This document shows positions 20,066-29,204 of a DNA stretch of 64,000 bases, piece after piece. The translations under genes and the position numbers were made by a program. The DNA comes from Pirellulales bacterium. Lineage in GTDB: Bacteria; Planctomycetota; Planctomycetia; Pirellulales; JAICIG01. Where the stretch lies: NCBI GenBank assembly GCA_040901675.1, contig JBBDYJ010000011.1:64001-128000 (forward strand), in the 5' to 3' direction. Numbering within the stretch: position 1 is the first letter of the stretch; every line of letters begins with the position of its first letter. The notes beneath the pieces were generated by a model. The model saw nothing but the letters and a program-made list of their open reading frames with translations. It ran no database searches and was not told where the DNA came from.

Positions 20066-20803
20066 ATGAAAACACGACTTGCCTTCGCGGCCGTCGCCTT
20101 GGCCGGCGGAATCTGGTCGGCCGCGGGCAGCCAGGCCCAGGCCTTTCACATCCTCGAGCGGTTGCGCGGTCACCGGATGGGTTGCGGCGGTTATGACGTG
20201 GGATGCGGCGGTCACCACCTCGGCTTTGCCGGCGGCTGTGGGCTCTTCAGCCACGGCCGGCTGGGATGCCTCCGAGGCCGCCTGTCAGGGTGCCATGGTT
20301 TCGGCCTGCGCAACATTTTCGCCCTGGGACACGGATGCCGGTTCGGCGCAGGCTGCGGCGGCGCCACCGGGTGCGATGGCTGCTCCGCTGGATCATACGT
20401 GACCGGCGTTTATGGCCCGCCGGGCTACAACGAAGGACCGACGGCCGTGGAAGGCCAGCGAATTCGAGCCTCAGCCTCGATCTACCGGGAGGTCGCCTTC
20501 CAGCACGACGCCTCCTCCATGCAACAGGGCTTGCACGCATTCTGGGCCGGCGACCTGGCTCAGGCCGAGCAAGCCTTTACCGCCGCCACCGCGTCGGACG
20601 CGAGCAATCCGATGGCGCTTTACTTCCTGGCCCTGATCCAGCATCAGATGGGTGATGTCGAGGCGGCGGAGCCGACCCTGGGCCGCGCCGTCGAGCTGGA
20701 ACGCCGAGCGCCCGTGCTCGACTGGGGCCGGCGAATGGAGCGCGTCCAAGGTCAACACCGGCTGTGGCTGGAAGAAGCCCGCCGCGCCGAGCTCAAACGC
20801 TAG
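20066..20803 (+). CDS. Exported TPR protein with Gly/Cys-rich N-terminal region
   Basis: AGGAG RBS, signal peptide AQA, many GC/CG dipeptides, TPR-like helices, C-terminal MERVQGQHRLWLE. Confidence 0.7.
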   Translation: MKTRLAFAAVALAGGIWSAAGSQAQAFHILERLRGHRMGCGGYDVGCGGHHLGFAGGCGLFSHGRLGCLRGRLSGCHGFGLRNIFALGHGCRFGAGCGGATGCDGCSAGSYVTGVYGPPGYNEGPTAVEGQRIRASASIYREVAFQHDASSMQQGLHAFWAGDLAQAEQAFTAATASDASNPMALYFLALIQHQMGDVEAAEPTLGRAVELERRAPVLDWGRRMERVQGQHRLWLEEARRAELKR

Positions 20804-20829
20804 ACGTCTCGCTGAATAGCAACCGGAGG

Positions 20830-20861
20830 CCCTCGAACATCTGCCGAGAGATGTTCGAGGG
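20830..20861. terminator. Perfect 13-bp stem hairpin downstream of the TPR gene (terminator-like)
   Basis: CCCTCGAACATCT-GCCGAG-AGATGTTCGAGGG followed by TCTTGCCTTT. Confidence 0.55.
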
Positions 20862-20872
20862 TCTTGCCTTTG

Positions 20873-20930
20873 AGGGTGGTCCACTCGCTCCGCGAGTGGT
20901 GTAGGGTGGTCCACTCGCTCCGCGAGTGGT
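20873..20930. repeat. Tandem pair of REP-like family A palindromes
   Basis: AGGGTGGTCCACTCGCTCCGCGAGTGGT twice with a 30-bp period; the second copy begins GTAG. Confidence 0.85.
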
Positions 20931-21053
20931 TTTCAAGGGCTTGCCTCTTGAGGCGGAAGGAGAAACAAGAAACCCAGCCGGACAAACGCGTTGTCTGGCC
21001 GCCGCGCAGTGCCTAGACTGGCTGTAGCCAACCACGCAATCCGAGGTCGAACG

Positions 21054-21305
21054 ATGAGCGAAGATGAGCTGGTAACCGTCTACACGCTTCAGGACGCGGG
21101 ACAGGCCGAGGTCATCCGGATCGCCCTGGAAAACGAAGGCATCTCCTGCACGGTGGGCGGCAACCGGGCCGGCCTGGCCGGCATTCTCGAAATCGACATC
21201 GTGGTCCGGGCAACCGACGCAGTCCGCGCTCGACAACTGATCGAAGCCCACGAGATCTCCGAGAAACCGGACCGCGATACCCCCGACGAGGACTTTACCG
21301 AGTGA
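21054..21305 (+). CDS. DUF2007-like small putative signal-transducing protein
   Basis: LVTVYT...AEVIRIALENEGI...IDIVV...DAVRARQLI. Confidence 0.75.
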   Translation: MSEDELVTVYTLQDAGQAEVIRIALENEGISCTVGGNRAGLAGILEIDIVVRATDAVRARQLIEAHEISEKPDRDTPDEDFTE

Positions 21306-22273
21306 CGATCAACCGCCCTCTCTCCCGACGCGATGCAATCCATGCAGCCGGCTTTGCGCTCACCGCGGCACTGGCCGCCGGCAATCGCCCGCTTGCGGCG
21401 GCCCAGACCGATCCCGCCGCCGGCCGCGGCGACACGCAACCCTTCGGCTACTGCCTGAACACCAGCACCATCCGCGGCCAGGAGTTGGGGCTGGTCCAGG
21501 AGATCGAGATCGCCGCCCAGGCCGGCTACCAGGCGGTCGAGCCGTGGATCGGCGAGATCGACCGCTATGTCCAGGAGGGAGGCTCGCTCAAGGATCTGGC
21601 GGCCCGAATCAGCGACCTGGGCCTGACGGTGGCCGGCGCCATCGGCTTTGCGGAGTGGATTGTCGACGACGATGCCCGCCGGGCCAAGGGGCTGGAAGAA
21701 GCCCGCCGTTCCATGGACCTGGTGGCCCAGCTTGGCGGCACGCGGATCGCCGCCCCGCCGGCCGGCGCCACCGACCAGGCGGGACTGGATCTGTTCCGGG
21801 CCGCCGAGCGTTATCGGGCCTTGCTCGAAGTGGGCGAGTCGTTGGGCGTCCTGCCTCAGATCGAAGTCTGGGGCTTTTCAAAATGTCTCAGCCGCTTGGG
21901 CGAGACGGTCTTTGTGGCGGTCGAGAGCGGCCATCCGCGCGCCGGCCTGCTGTTGGACGTGTACCACATCTACAAGGGCGGCTCGGAATTCGGCGGCATT
22001 AAGCTCTTGGCCGGTAGTGCGATGCACGTGTTCCACGTGAACGACTATCCTGCCCAGCCGCCGCGTGCTGAGATCGGCGACGCTCAGCGCGTGTATCCGG
22101 GCGACGGCGTGGCCCCGCTCGGCATGCTTTTTCGCACCTTGCGCGACGGCGGCTTTCGCGGCTTTCTATCGCTCGAGCTGTTCAATCGCGACTATTGGCG
22201 GCAGGATGCCCTGCTCGTCGCCCGCACCGGTCTGGAAAAGACCCGCGCCGCCGTCCAAAACGCGCTCGCGTAG
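21302..22273 (+). CDS. Tat-exported sugar phosphate isomerase/epimerase (xylose isomerase-like TIM barrel)
   Basis: SRRDAI Tat motif, YCLNTSTI, LDVYH, HVND, PGDG, SLELFN. Confidence 0.88.
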   Translation: MTINRPLSRRDAIHAAGFALTAALAAGNRPLAAAQTDPAAGRGDTQPFGYCLNTSTIRGQELGLVQEIEIAAQAGYQAVEPWIGEIDRYVQEGGSLKDLAARISDLGLTVAGAIGFAEWIVDDDARRAKGLEEARRSMDLVAQLGGTRIAAPPAGATDQAGLDLFRAAERYRALLEVGESLGVLPQIEVWGFSKCLSRLGETVFVAVESGHPRAGLLLDVYHIYKGGSEFGGIKLLAGSAMHVFHVNDYPAQPPRAEIGDAQRVYPGDGVAPLGMLFRTLRDGGFRGFLSLELFNRDYWRQDALLVARTGLEKTRAAVQNALA

Positions 22274-22297
22274 CAGGTTCCGTCGCACCACTCGCCC

Positions 22298-22349
22298 GTA
22301 GCAGGACTCGCCTGAGTTCTGGTTGTAGCAGAACTCGCCAGAGTGCTGG
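22298..22349. repeat. Tandem REP-like family C (GTAGCAGRACTCGCCWGAGTKCTGG) x2
   Basis: Copies at 22298-22322 and 22325-22349, a degenerate start at 22270, and another copy at 36389. Confidence 0.8.
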
Positions 22350-22359
22350 CGGCGACCAT

Positions 22360-23091
22360 TCACGGCAGCTCACGGATCCGCAGGTTGCGGAACTCGACAG
22401 GCGAACCTTCCGACTCCAGGCAGATATAACCGCTGCGCGGCTCGCAGCCGGTGCCGCCCGACACCTCTTCGCCATTGACCCACAGCCGGACCTCGCCGTT
22501 GATGCACCGCGCGTAATAATGGTTCCACTCGCCGGCCCCCTTGGTGAGCTCTTTCGATGGAAAGCTCCGGCTGCCGTCGGGCGACGCCGGCGCAAACGGC
22601 GTCATCCGCGAGCTGCCCACCGGAAAAACGTCGCCGTGCGTCGTGAACCAGTCGGCCTGCTTGCCCGTCCGCTCTTCAAACTGCTCCTTGTAACCCGGAT
22701 CGAGCACTTGCATCTCGATTCCGTGGGGCAGTTGGCCTGGCTCGAGGCCGTCCAGCGATTCCTCGGGTGTCCACACAAAAACACCCGAATTGCCCGCCGG
22801 CCGCAAATGCCGCCACTGGACGACCAGTTCGAAGTTGGTGAGCTCATTCTTCGAACGGATGACTCCCACCGGCTGCCCGGTGCAGTGTGCAACACCCTCC
22901 TTCCAGGTCCAGGTGTCGGGATCGCAATTCACGTTGATAAAGTCGGCCTCGCCCAGCTCCCGCCAGCCGGGTCCGCTGCCGTCGACATAGGCCTTGGGCA
23001 GCGCCTTCTGCTCGTCCGCACCAACCGCTTGAGCAAACAACAGCAGCCACCCGAATCCGGCTGCAACGCGAATGTCTCTCGATGTCTTCAT
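22360..23091 (-). CDS. DUF1080 (3-keto-disaccharide hydrolase-like) exported protein
   Basis: NSGVF, EMQVLD, GEWNHY, WVNG, LESEG..VEFRNLRIREL. Confidence 0.9.
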   Translation of the reverse strand: MKTSRDIRVAAGFGWLLLFAQAVGADEQKALPKAYVDGSGPGWRELGEADFINVNCDPDTWTWKEGVAHCTGQPVGVIRSKNELTNFELVVQWRHLRPAGNSGVFVWTPEESLDGLEPGQLPHGIEMQVLDPGYKEQFEERTGKQADWFTTHGDVFPVGSSRMTPFAPASPDGSRSFPSKELTKGAGEWNHYYARCINGEVRLWVNGEEVSGGTGCEPRSGYICLESEGSPVEFRNLRIRELP

Positions 23092-23342
23092 TTTCTCAGC
23101 TCACCGATTGTCAGATCGACAGGTCCCAGGCCGCACCAAACGGTCCTCAACAAAGCATGCACTCCTCGACCTGTGCCAAGGGGGGCTTGAACCGATCCAT
23201 GTTACTTCACCGCGGGCCGCCGAACCACCAGCCGGCGTTTCAGGCTCCAGCGCCTCATTCCCAGCCGTGCCTCGTGGGCGCCGGCCAGCCGCCCGGCGTC
23301 TGCCCCGGCCGCGGCGGCGCCTGATCCGGCTCCAGCCGCGCC

Positions 23343-23582
23343 TCAAGGCGTATCGGGGTCGGCCGGCTCGTCGGAGGCCGGCCCCTCCTCAGCAGGCCGC
23401 GGCCGATCATCAATCTCTCCGGTCACCAACAACTCCGTCGGCAGCATGAAAGTGCTGGCCGATTCCGTGTCCTGAACCATCCAATAGCCCGGGCTGAGGT
23501 GCGACGAGCAAATGATCTCCACCGACCTGGGTTTGCCGTCGTGCCATACCGTTCGAATCTGTCCTTTCTTGACTTCCTCCAT
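23343..23582 (-). CDS. Small hypothetical protein
   Basis: 79-aa ORF (MEEVKKGQIRTVWHDGK...) divergent from the mgd operon; no family recognised. Confidence 0.5.
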   Translation of the reverse strand: MEEVKKGQIRTVWHDGKPRSVEIICSSHLSPGYWMVQDTESASTFMLPTELLVTGEIDDRPRPAEEGPASDEPADPDTP

Positions 23583-23843
23583 GGCAATCGCTCGCAAATG
23601 GGGACTGGGGACGCTAAAGTCACAACTCCGCCAAGTGAACAGTCGAGATTGGGCCAAAAAACCTGACATACATTCCGGGAATTTTCCAAAAATAAATTCT
23701 TCCCGCCACAACCCATCTTTCCTATTCCACCCAAACCACATCGACAAACACCAATCAACTGAATAGCCTGGTGCAAACGGCCGTCCGTCCGCGCGTCCGA
23801 AGTGACTGCCACGTAAATGTTTGCGCCTCGCAGGTCCCCCCTT

Positions 23844-25082
23844 ATGCCTCTTGGTTTGCTGCGATTTGGTCTGAGCAAGCAGTATGAGGAGCCGCGGATG
23901 TTCCGCGACGACTGCCCATTGCGCGACGACTACGACGTGGTCATCGTCGGGGCCGGGGGCCACGGGCTGGCCGCCGCCTATTACCTGGCGCGCGATTACG
24001 AGACCATGCGGATTGCCGTCCTGGAGAAGGGATACGTCGGGGGCGGCAACACGGGACGCAACACCGCCATCGTGAGGGCAAATTATTTAACACCAGAAGG
24101 AGTAAGGTTTTACGACGAAAGTCTGCGGCTCTTCCGCCAGCTCTCTCAAGAGCTCGATTACAACCTCTTCTACTCTGAGCGAGGCCACTTCACGCTGGCC
24201 CACACCGAAGCCACGCTACGGACCATGCACTGGCGGGCCGAGGTCAACAAGCACCTCGGCGTCCACAGCGAGGTCATTGGCCCGGCCCGAATCACCCGCC
24301 TCTGTCCCTACATCAACCTGCGGTGCGGGCACACGCCCGTCGTTGGCGCGCTGTATCATCCGCCGGGCGCTATCGTCCGCCACGACGCTGTCGCCTGGGC
24401 CTACGCCCGTGAGGCCGACCGCCGGGGGGTCGAGATCCACCAACGGACCGAAGTCACCTCGATTGACGTCCGCCAGGGCCGCGTCGTGGGAGTGGCCACC
24501 AACCGGGGATACATCCACACGCGCCGCCTCCTGTCGGCGGTGGCCGGCTACACGCCCCGCATCACCAGCATGGTCGGCCTGCGGACCCCGCTGGTGATCC
24601 AGCCGCTGCAGGCCTGCGTGACCGAGCCGCTGAAACCGTGGCTGGACCACGTGGTGGTCTCGGCCAACCTGCATCTGTACGTCAGCCAGTCGTCGCGCGG
24701 CGAGCTGGTGATGGGCGCATCGCTCGATCCCTACGAGCTGCACTCCGAGCGCTCGACCCTCGACTTCGTCGAAGGCCTGGCCGATCACCTCCTTGACTTG
24801 TTCCCGTTCCTGTCGACGGTCAAGGTCAACCGCCAGTGGGCCGGCATGTCGGACATGACTCCCGATTTCTCGCCCATCATGGGCAAGACGCCGGTCGAGG
24901 GTTTTTATCTCGATGCCGGCTGGGGAACCTGGGGCTTCAAGGCCACCCCCGTTTGCGGCACCACCATGGCCTACACGCTGGCGCACGATCAAGAGCCGGA
25001 GTTGATACGTCCCTTCAGGCTGTCGCGCTTCGAGCAATACGAGTTGGTCGGCGAAAAAGGCGCCGCATCCGTCGGACACTAG
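23844..25082 (+). CDS. mgdA: N-methylglutamate dehydrogenase subunit A (sarcosine oxidase beta-like, FAD)
   Basis: GAGGHG FAD motif, GNTGRNT, RHDAVAW, GWGTWGFKATP, C-terminal EKGAASVGH; operon context. Confidence 0.88.
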   Translation: MPLGLLRFGLSKQYEEPRMFRDDCPLRDDYDVVIVGAGGHGLAAAYYLARDYETMRIAVLEKGYVGGGNTGRNTAIVRANYLTPEGVRFYDESLRLFRQLSQELDYNLFYSERGHFTLAHTEATLRTMHWRAEVNKHLGVHSEVIGPARITRLCPYINLRCGHTPVVGALYHPPGAIVRHDAVAWAYAREADRRGVEIHQRTEVTSIDVRQGRVVGVATNRGYIHTRRLLSAVAGYTPRITSMVGLRTPLVIQPLQACVTEPLKPWLDHVVVSANLHLYVSQSSRGELVMGASLDPYELHSERSTLDFVEGLADHLLDLFPFLSTVKVNRQWAGMSDMTPDFSPIMGKTPVEGFYLDAGWGTWGFKATPVCGTTMAYTLAHDQEPELIRPFRLSRFEQYELVGEKGAASVGH

Positions 25083-25111
25083 CTCGCCAGGGGTTTGCGG
25101 ATTCAGTTCTA

Positions 25112-25220
25112 GGAACGGCCGAAAAACAAATTCGACAGAGTCGAGCGAGCTGGGTGGCTGGGGCAAAGCCATAAGCGTGCCCCAGTTGCGATGTGAGGAA
25201 AGTTGTTTTTCGGCCGATCC
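25112..25220. mobile_element. 109-bp MITE-like element with 18-bp terminal inverted repeats
   Basis: Left GGAACGGCCGAAAAACAA and right TTGTTTTTCGGCCGATCC (17/18 complementary), flanked by CTA/TTA; partial second copy at 8705-8802. Confidence 0.7.
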
Positions 25221-25255
25221 TTAGCGACTTCAGTTACGAAAACAACGAGGATGAA

Positions 25256-25519
25256 TTGAAACTGCTCAAGTGCCCGGTCAACGGTTGGCGGCCGCTCGAC
25301 GAGTTCCTGTTCGGAGGCGAGCTGCGCGCGATGCCCGATCCCGGCCAGGCCACCGACGCCCAGTGGGCCGACTATGTCTTCAACCGCTCCGGCGAACCGG
25401 GCATCCGCCGGGAGTGGTGGTATCACCTGGCCAGCGGGACCTGGTTCGTCGCGGAGCACGACACGCTCAACGACAACTTCTTGCGGACCTACCTGTACCA
25501 CGCTGGAGCAGCCGAGTGA
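25256..25519 (+). CDS. mgdB: N-methylglutamate dehydrogenase subunit B (sarcosine oxidase delta-like)
   Basis: TTG start after GAGG. MKLLKCPVNGWRPLDEF.FGGE...WADYVFNR...EWWYH...WF. Confidence 0.88.
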   Translation: MKLLKCPVNGWRPLDEFLFGGELRAMPDPGQATDAQWADYVFNRSGEPGIRREWWYHLASGTWFVAEHDTLNDNFLRTYLYHAGAAE

Positions 25520-28491
25520 CCAGCACCTGCCGTCTGCCGCCCCAGCCGGGTGAATGGATCGATCGCGGCCGCCCATTGCGGTTCGAGTTCGAGGGCCGAG
25601 CCTATACCGGTTTTGCCGGCGACACGATCACGACCGCCTTGGCTGCCGCCGGCGTGCGGTTGCTGGGCCGCAGCTTCAAGTATCACCGCCCGCGGGGCGT
25701 CTACAGCCTGGCCAACCACGACGTCAACGCGCTGCTCGCCTGCCCGGGGCAGACCAACATTCGCTCGGACGTGACGCCGCTCTGGGAAGGCGGACGGTTC
25801 ACGGCGGTCAACACGTTTGGGGGCCTCCAGCGCGATCGCGTGCGGTTTCTGGATCGCCTGGGACGTTTCCTCCCCGTCGGCTTCTATTACAAGGCCTTTT
25901 ACCGGCCGCGGCGGCTCTTTCCGTTCTGGGAGCGTAAGATGCGCGGCATGGCCGGCCTGGGCGCGGTCGATCCCGCCGCTGGGCCGCTGCGCACGCCGAA
26001 CGACTTCGCCTGGTGCGACGTGTTGGTGGTCGGCGCCGGACCGGCCGGCCTGGCCGCCGCCGCCGAGGCCGCCGCCGCGCGGCTATCGATCACCCTGGTC
26101 GACGAGCAGCCGCGGCCCGGTGGCAGCCTCCTCTACCAGCGGCGCGGCGATCCGAGCACCGCAGATCTGCTCTCCGGCTTGCTCTCGCGGGTCCACTCAT
26201 CGGCCAACATCGATCTACGCGCGTCGACGGTGGCGGCAGGCTATTACGCCGACCACTGGGTGGCGCTGGCCGACCTTCAGCGTTTGACCAGACTCCGTGC
26301 ACGCTCGGTGGTCTTGGCCACCGGCGCCTTCGAACAGCCGGCGCTGTTCCGCAACAACGACTTGCCCGGAGTGCTGCTGGCCTCCGCCGCACAGAGGCTG
26401 ATCAGGCTCTACGCCGTCAAGCCGTGCGACCGCGCGGTCGTGCTGACGGCCAACGCCGATGGATATCGCGCGGCTCTGGACATGCACCAGGTCGGAGTCC
26501 AACTGCAGGCGATCGTCGATCTGCGCCCGGACGGCGAACCGTCGGAGTTGTCTCGGCAGGTAAGGGCCGCGGGCATCCGAGTCCTCGGCGGCCATGCCGT
26601 CTACGAAGCACTCTCGCAAAGCGACGAGCATGGCATTGGCGGCGTCGTGGTCTGCCCCCTCGATACGTCTGGACAACCGCGCCTCGACCAGCGGCTCTCG
26701 ATCGACTGCGACGGCCTTGTCATGAGCGTGGGCTGGGCGCCTGCCGACTCGCTCTTCTGCCAGGCTGGAGGCAAGATGCGCTATGACAACCGGCTCGAGC
26801 AGTTCGTCCCCGCCCGCTGGCCCGCGGGTGTATTCACGGCCGGTCGGCTGAATGGCCTTTATGATCTCGAACGACAATTGGCCGACGGCCGGCGGGCCGG
26901 CCGAGCCGCCGCGGCATATCTGGGATCCGCTTCTGCCGAATCGGCCGACCCAGCCGGGGGCCACCCGGTGCCCGCGGATGGCACCCTCAACGGCTCGCCC
27001 CCTTCGCACCCCTATCCGGTTGTCGCGCACCCGGCCGGCAAAATCTTCGTCGATCTGGACGAGGACGTGCAGCTCAAGGACATCGAGCACTCCGCCCAGG
27101 AGGGTTTCGACAGCATCGAGTTGTTGAAGCGCTACTCCACGTTCGGCATGGGACCCAGCCAGGGAAAAATCTCGAACACCAACACGATCCGCGTTCTGGC
27201 GCGGCTGCGCGGGCAGAGCATGGCCGAAACGGGCAGCCCGCGCGCCAGGCCTTTCTTTCATCCCGTGCCTTTGGGGCACCTGGCCGGCCGCGGCTTCCAT
27301 CCGCGCCGCCACACCCCGCTGCACTCGCGCCACCGCGCCGCCGGTGCCCAGTTCATGCCTGCTGGAGATTGGTTGCGGCCCGCCTGGTATCTTGCCCGCC
27401 AACCGGACGATCCCGCCCGCGAAACGACCGAAGCACTCCGCGCACAGGCGATCGCCGACGAAGTCCGCGCCGTGCGCCAGCGGGCCGGCCTGATCGACGT
27501 CGGCACCCTGGGCAAGCTGGAGATCAGCGGCCCCGATGCGGCCCAATTCATCGAGCGGATCTACACCGGCCGTTTCGCTGGAATGAAAGTCGGCGCCACC
27601 CGCTATGCCCTGATGTGCGACGAGTCGGGCGTGATCATCGACGACGGCGTCGTCGCCCGGCTGGAGAGCGACCGCTTCTATGTCACCACGACCACCACCG
27701 CCTCGGGGGCCGTCTATCGCGAGATGCAGCGCTGGGCGATCCCCTGGGACCTCGACGTATTGCTCACCAACCTCACGGGCACCATGGCCACCATCAACCT
27801 GGCCGGGCCGCAAGCCAACCGCATCCTGGCCGCCCTGACCGACCTGGAGCTGTCCGAGCAGCATTTCCCCTATCTGGGCCTGCGGCAGGGAAACGTCCTG
27901 GGGGTGCCGGCCCGCGTCCTGCGCACCGGCTTCGTGGGAGAAACAAGCTACGAGCTGCACGTGCCGGCACATTGGGCGGCCCGTGTTTGGGACGGTATTA
28001 TGGAAGCAGGCCGGCCGCATGCCATCCGGCCCTTTGGCGTCGAGGCCCAGCGCATATTGCGGCTGGAGAAAGGCCACGTGATCGTCAGCCAGGACACCGA
28101 CGGCCTGACCACTCCCTTCGAGGCGGGCTTGGATTGGGCCATCAAGGCCGACAAGCCCTTCTTTGTCGGAGGCCGCAGCCTTTCGATCCTGTCGGGCCGG
28201 CCGCTCAAGCGCCGATTGGCGGGCTTTGTCCTGCCCGAAGGTTACCGGGGACCGCTGCCCCAGGAGTGCGACCTGGTGATCGAGTCGGGCGAGATCGCCG
28301 GCCGCGTGACCAGCATTGCCCACAGCCCCACCTTGAGGCAGGCGATCGGCATGGCGTACCTGCCTCCCGAACGGACGAAAGAGGGCAGCGAGTTTCACAT
28401 CCGTGCCTCGGGCGCGATGGTGCCGGCGACCGTGCGGCCAATGCCGTTTTACGACCCTCGCAACCTGCGGCAAAGGATCCAGGGCACTTGA
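25516..28491 (+). CDS. mgdC: N-methylglutamate dehydrogenase subunit C (sarcosine oxidase alpha-like, GcvT/THF-binding C-terminus)
   Basis: GRSFKYHRPRG, GFYYKAF, GAGPAG, FRNNDLPGV, KRYSTFGMGPSQG, IDDGV, LRLEKGH; GTG overlaps the mgdB stop. Confidence 0.9.
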   Translation: MTSTCRLPPQPGEWIDRGRPLRFEFEGRAYTGFAGDTITTALAAAGVRLLGRSFKYHRPRGVYSLANHDVNALLACPGQTNIRSDVTPLWEGGRFTAVNTFGGLQRDRVRFLDRLGRFLPVGFYYKAFYRPRRLFPFWERKMRGMAGLGAVDPAAGPLRTPNDFAWCDVLVVGAGPAGLAAAAEAAAARLSITLVDEQPRPGGSLLYQRRGDPSTADLLSGLLSRVHSSANIDLRASTVAAGYYADHWVALADLQRLTRLRARSVVLATGAFEQPALFRNNDLPGVLLASAAQRLIRLYAVKPCDRAVVLTANADGYRAALDMHQVGVQLQAIVDLRPDGEPSELSRQVRAAGIRVLGGHAVYEALSQSDEHGIGGVVVCPLDTSGQPRLDQRLSIDCDGLVMSVGWAPADSLFCQAGGKMRYDNRLEQFVPARWPAGVFTAGRLNGLYDLERQLADGRRAGRAAAAYLGSASAESADPAGGHPVPADGTLNGSPPSHPYPVVAHPAGKIFVDLDEDVQLKDIEHSAQEGFDSIELLKRYSTFGMGPSQGKISNTNTIRVLARLRGQSMAETGSPRARPFFHPVPLGHLAGRGFHPRRHTPLHSRHRAAGAQFMPAGDWLRPAWYLARQPDDPARETTEALRAQAIADEVRAVRQRAGLIDVGTLGKLEISGPDAAQFIERIYTGRFAGMKVGATRYALMCDESGVIIDDGVVARLESDRFYVTTTTTASGAVYREMQRWAIPWDLDVLLTNLTGTMATINLAGPQANRILAALTDLELSEQHFPYLGLRQGNVLGVPARVLRTGFVGETSYELHVPAHWAARVWDGIMEAGRPHAIRPFGVEAQRILRLEKGHVIVSQDTDGLTTPFEAGLDWAIKADKPFFVGGRSLSILSGRPLKRRLAGFVLPEGYRGPLPQECDLVIESGEIAGRVTSIAHSPTLRQAIGMAYLPPERTKEGSEFHIRASGAMVPATVRPMPFYDPRNLRQRIQGT

Positions 28492-29180
28492 CCAAACTAC
28501 CACGACGCCTGAGCCCGGTGCACGACGAGCTCGCCCAGCTCGATCCGTTTTGGGGCACGGTGCACGACATGCCCGTGGCCGCGCTCTTGCCCGGCGGGCC
28601 GCCCTTCGACGTGGCGGCCGGGCCCGGTCTGTGCGACGCCAGCGCGCTGCCCAGGATGCTGGTCCGCGGGCCGGCCGCGGCCGACTTCCTCTCGCAGCGG
28701 GGCGTCCAGGTGCCCCGCGACACGTTCGCCTATCTGCCGCTGGAGGGCGATGGCCTGGTCATCCGCACCGCCATGCACGAGTTCTTTCTCGAAGATGGTT
28801 GCCGGGGCGACGCCATCGAGCGGCTGGGGCGGGCCGTCGACGCCGGCTGGCCCGGCGTCGGCCGCTCTTTGCGCCAGGATGTGTCGCTGCTCTTGTCCGG
28901 AGAGCAGGCCCTGGACGTGCTGGCCCAGACGTCCAGCTACGATTTCCGCCAAGGCCCCGATTTCGTCATGACCCGCCTGGCGGCCGTATCCTGTTCGGTG
29001 CTCGCCCGGCCGTTGGCCGCGGGACCGACCTTTCAGCTCTGGGCCGACGCCAGCTACGGCCCTTACTTGTGGGAAACGCTGCTCGAAATTGTCCGCGATC
29101 TTGGCGGCGGCCCGCTGGGCCTGTCGCTGTTTTTCTCCAACGCCGCCTTCGCCGCACCCGCCAAAGACGTTGCCCCGTAA
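28488..29180 (+). CDS. mgdD: N-methylglutamate dehydrogenase subunit D (sarcosine oxidase gamma-like)
   Basis: TTG overlapping the mgdC stop; LCDAS.LPR..VRGP.AADFL, WADASYGPYLWETL. Confidence 0.8.
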   Translation: MTKLPRRLSPVHDELAQLDPFWGTVHDMPVAALLPGGPPFDVAAGPGLCDASALPRMLVRGPAAADFLSQRGVQVPRDTFAYLPLEGDGLVIRTAMHEFFLEDGCRGDAIERLGRAVDAGWPGVGRSLRQDVSLLLSGEQALDVLAQTSSYDFRQGPDFVMTRLAAVSCSVLARPLAAGPTFQLWADASYGPYLWETLLEIVRDLGGGPLGLSLFFSNAAFAAPAKDVAP

Positions 29181-29204
29181 CTTCGATTCAGAGGACCATC
29201 GCGC

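Noticed and set aside
20873..20930. Tandem 28-bp palindromic repeats as CRISPR
   Set aside because: The copies are adjacent (2-nt gap) and recur singly elsewhere, which is REP-like behaviour.
25193..25255. N-terminal extension of mgdB in the ORF track
   Set aside because: It begins inside the MITE-like element; the TTG at 25256 has an RBS and matches the family N-terminus.
23844..29180. Annotation as ordinary sarcosine oxidase soxBDAG
   Set aside because: Direct linkage to gmaS and mgsABC-like genes, and absence of glyA/purU/betaine genes, favour N-methylglutamate dehydrogenase.
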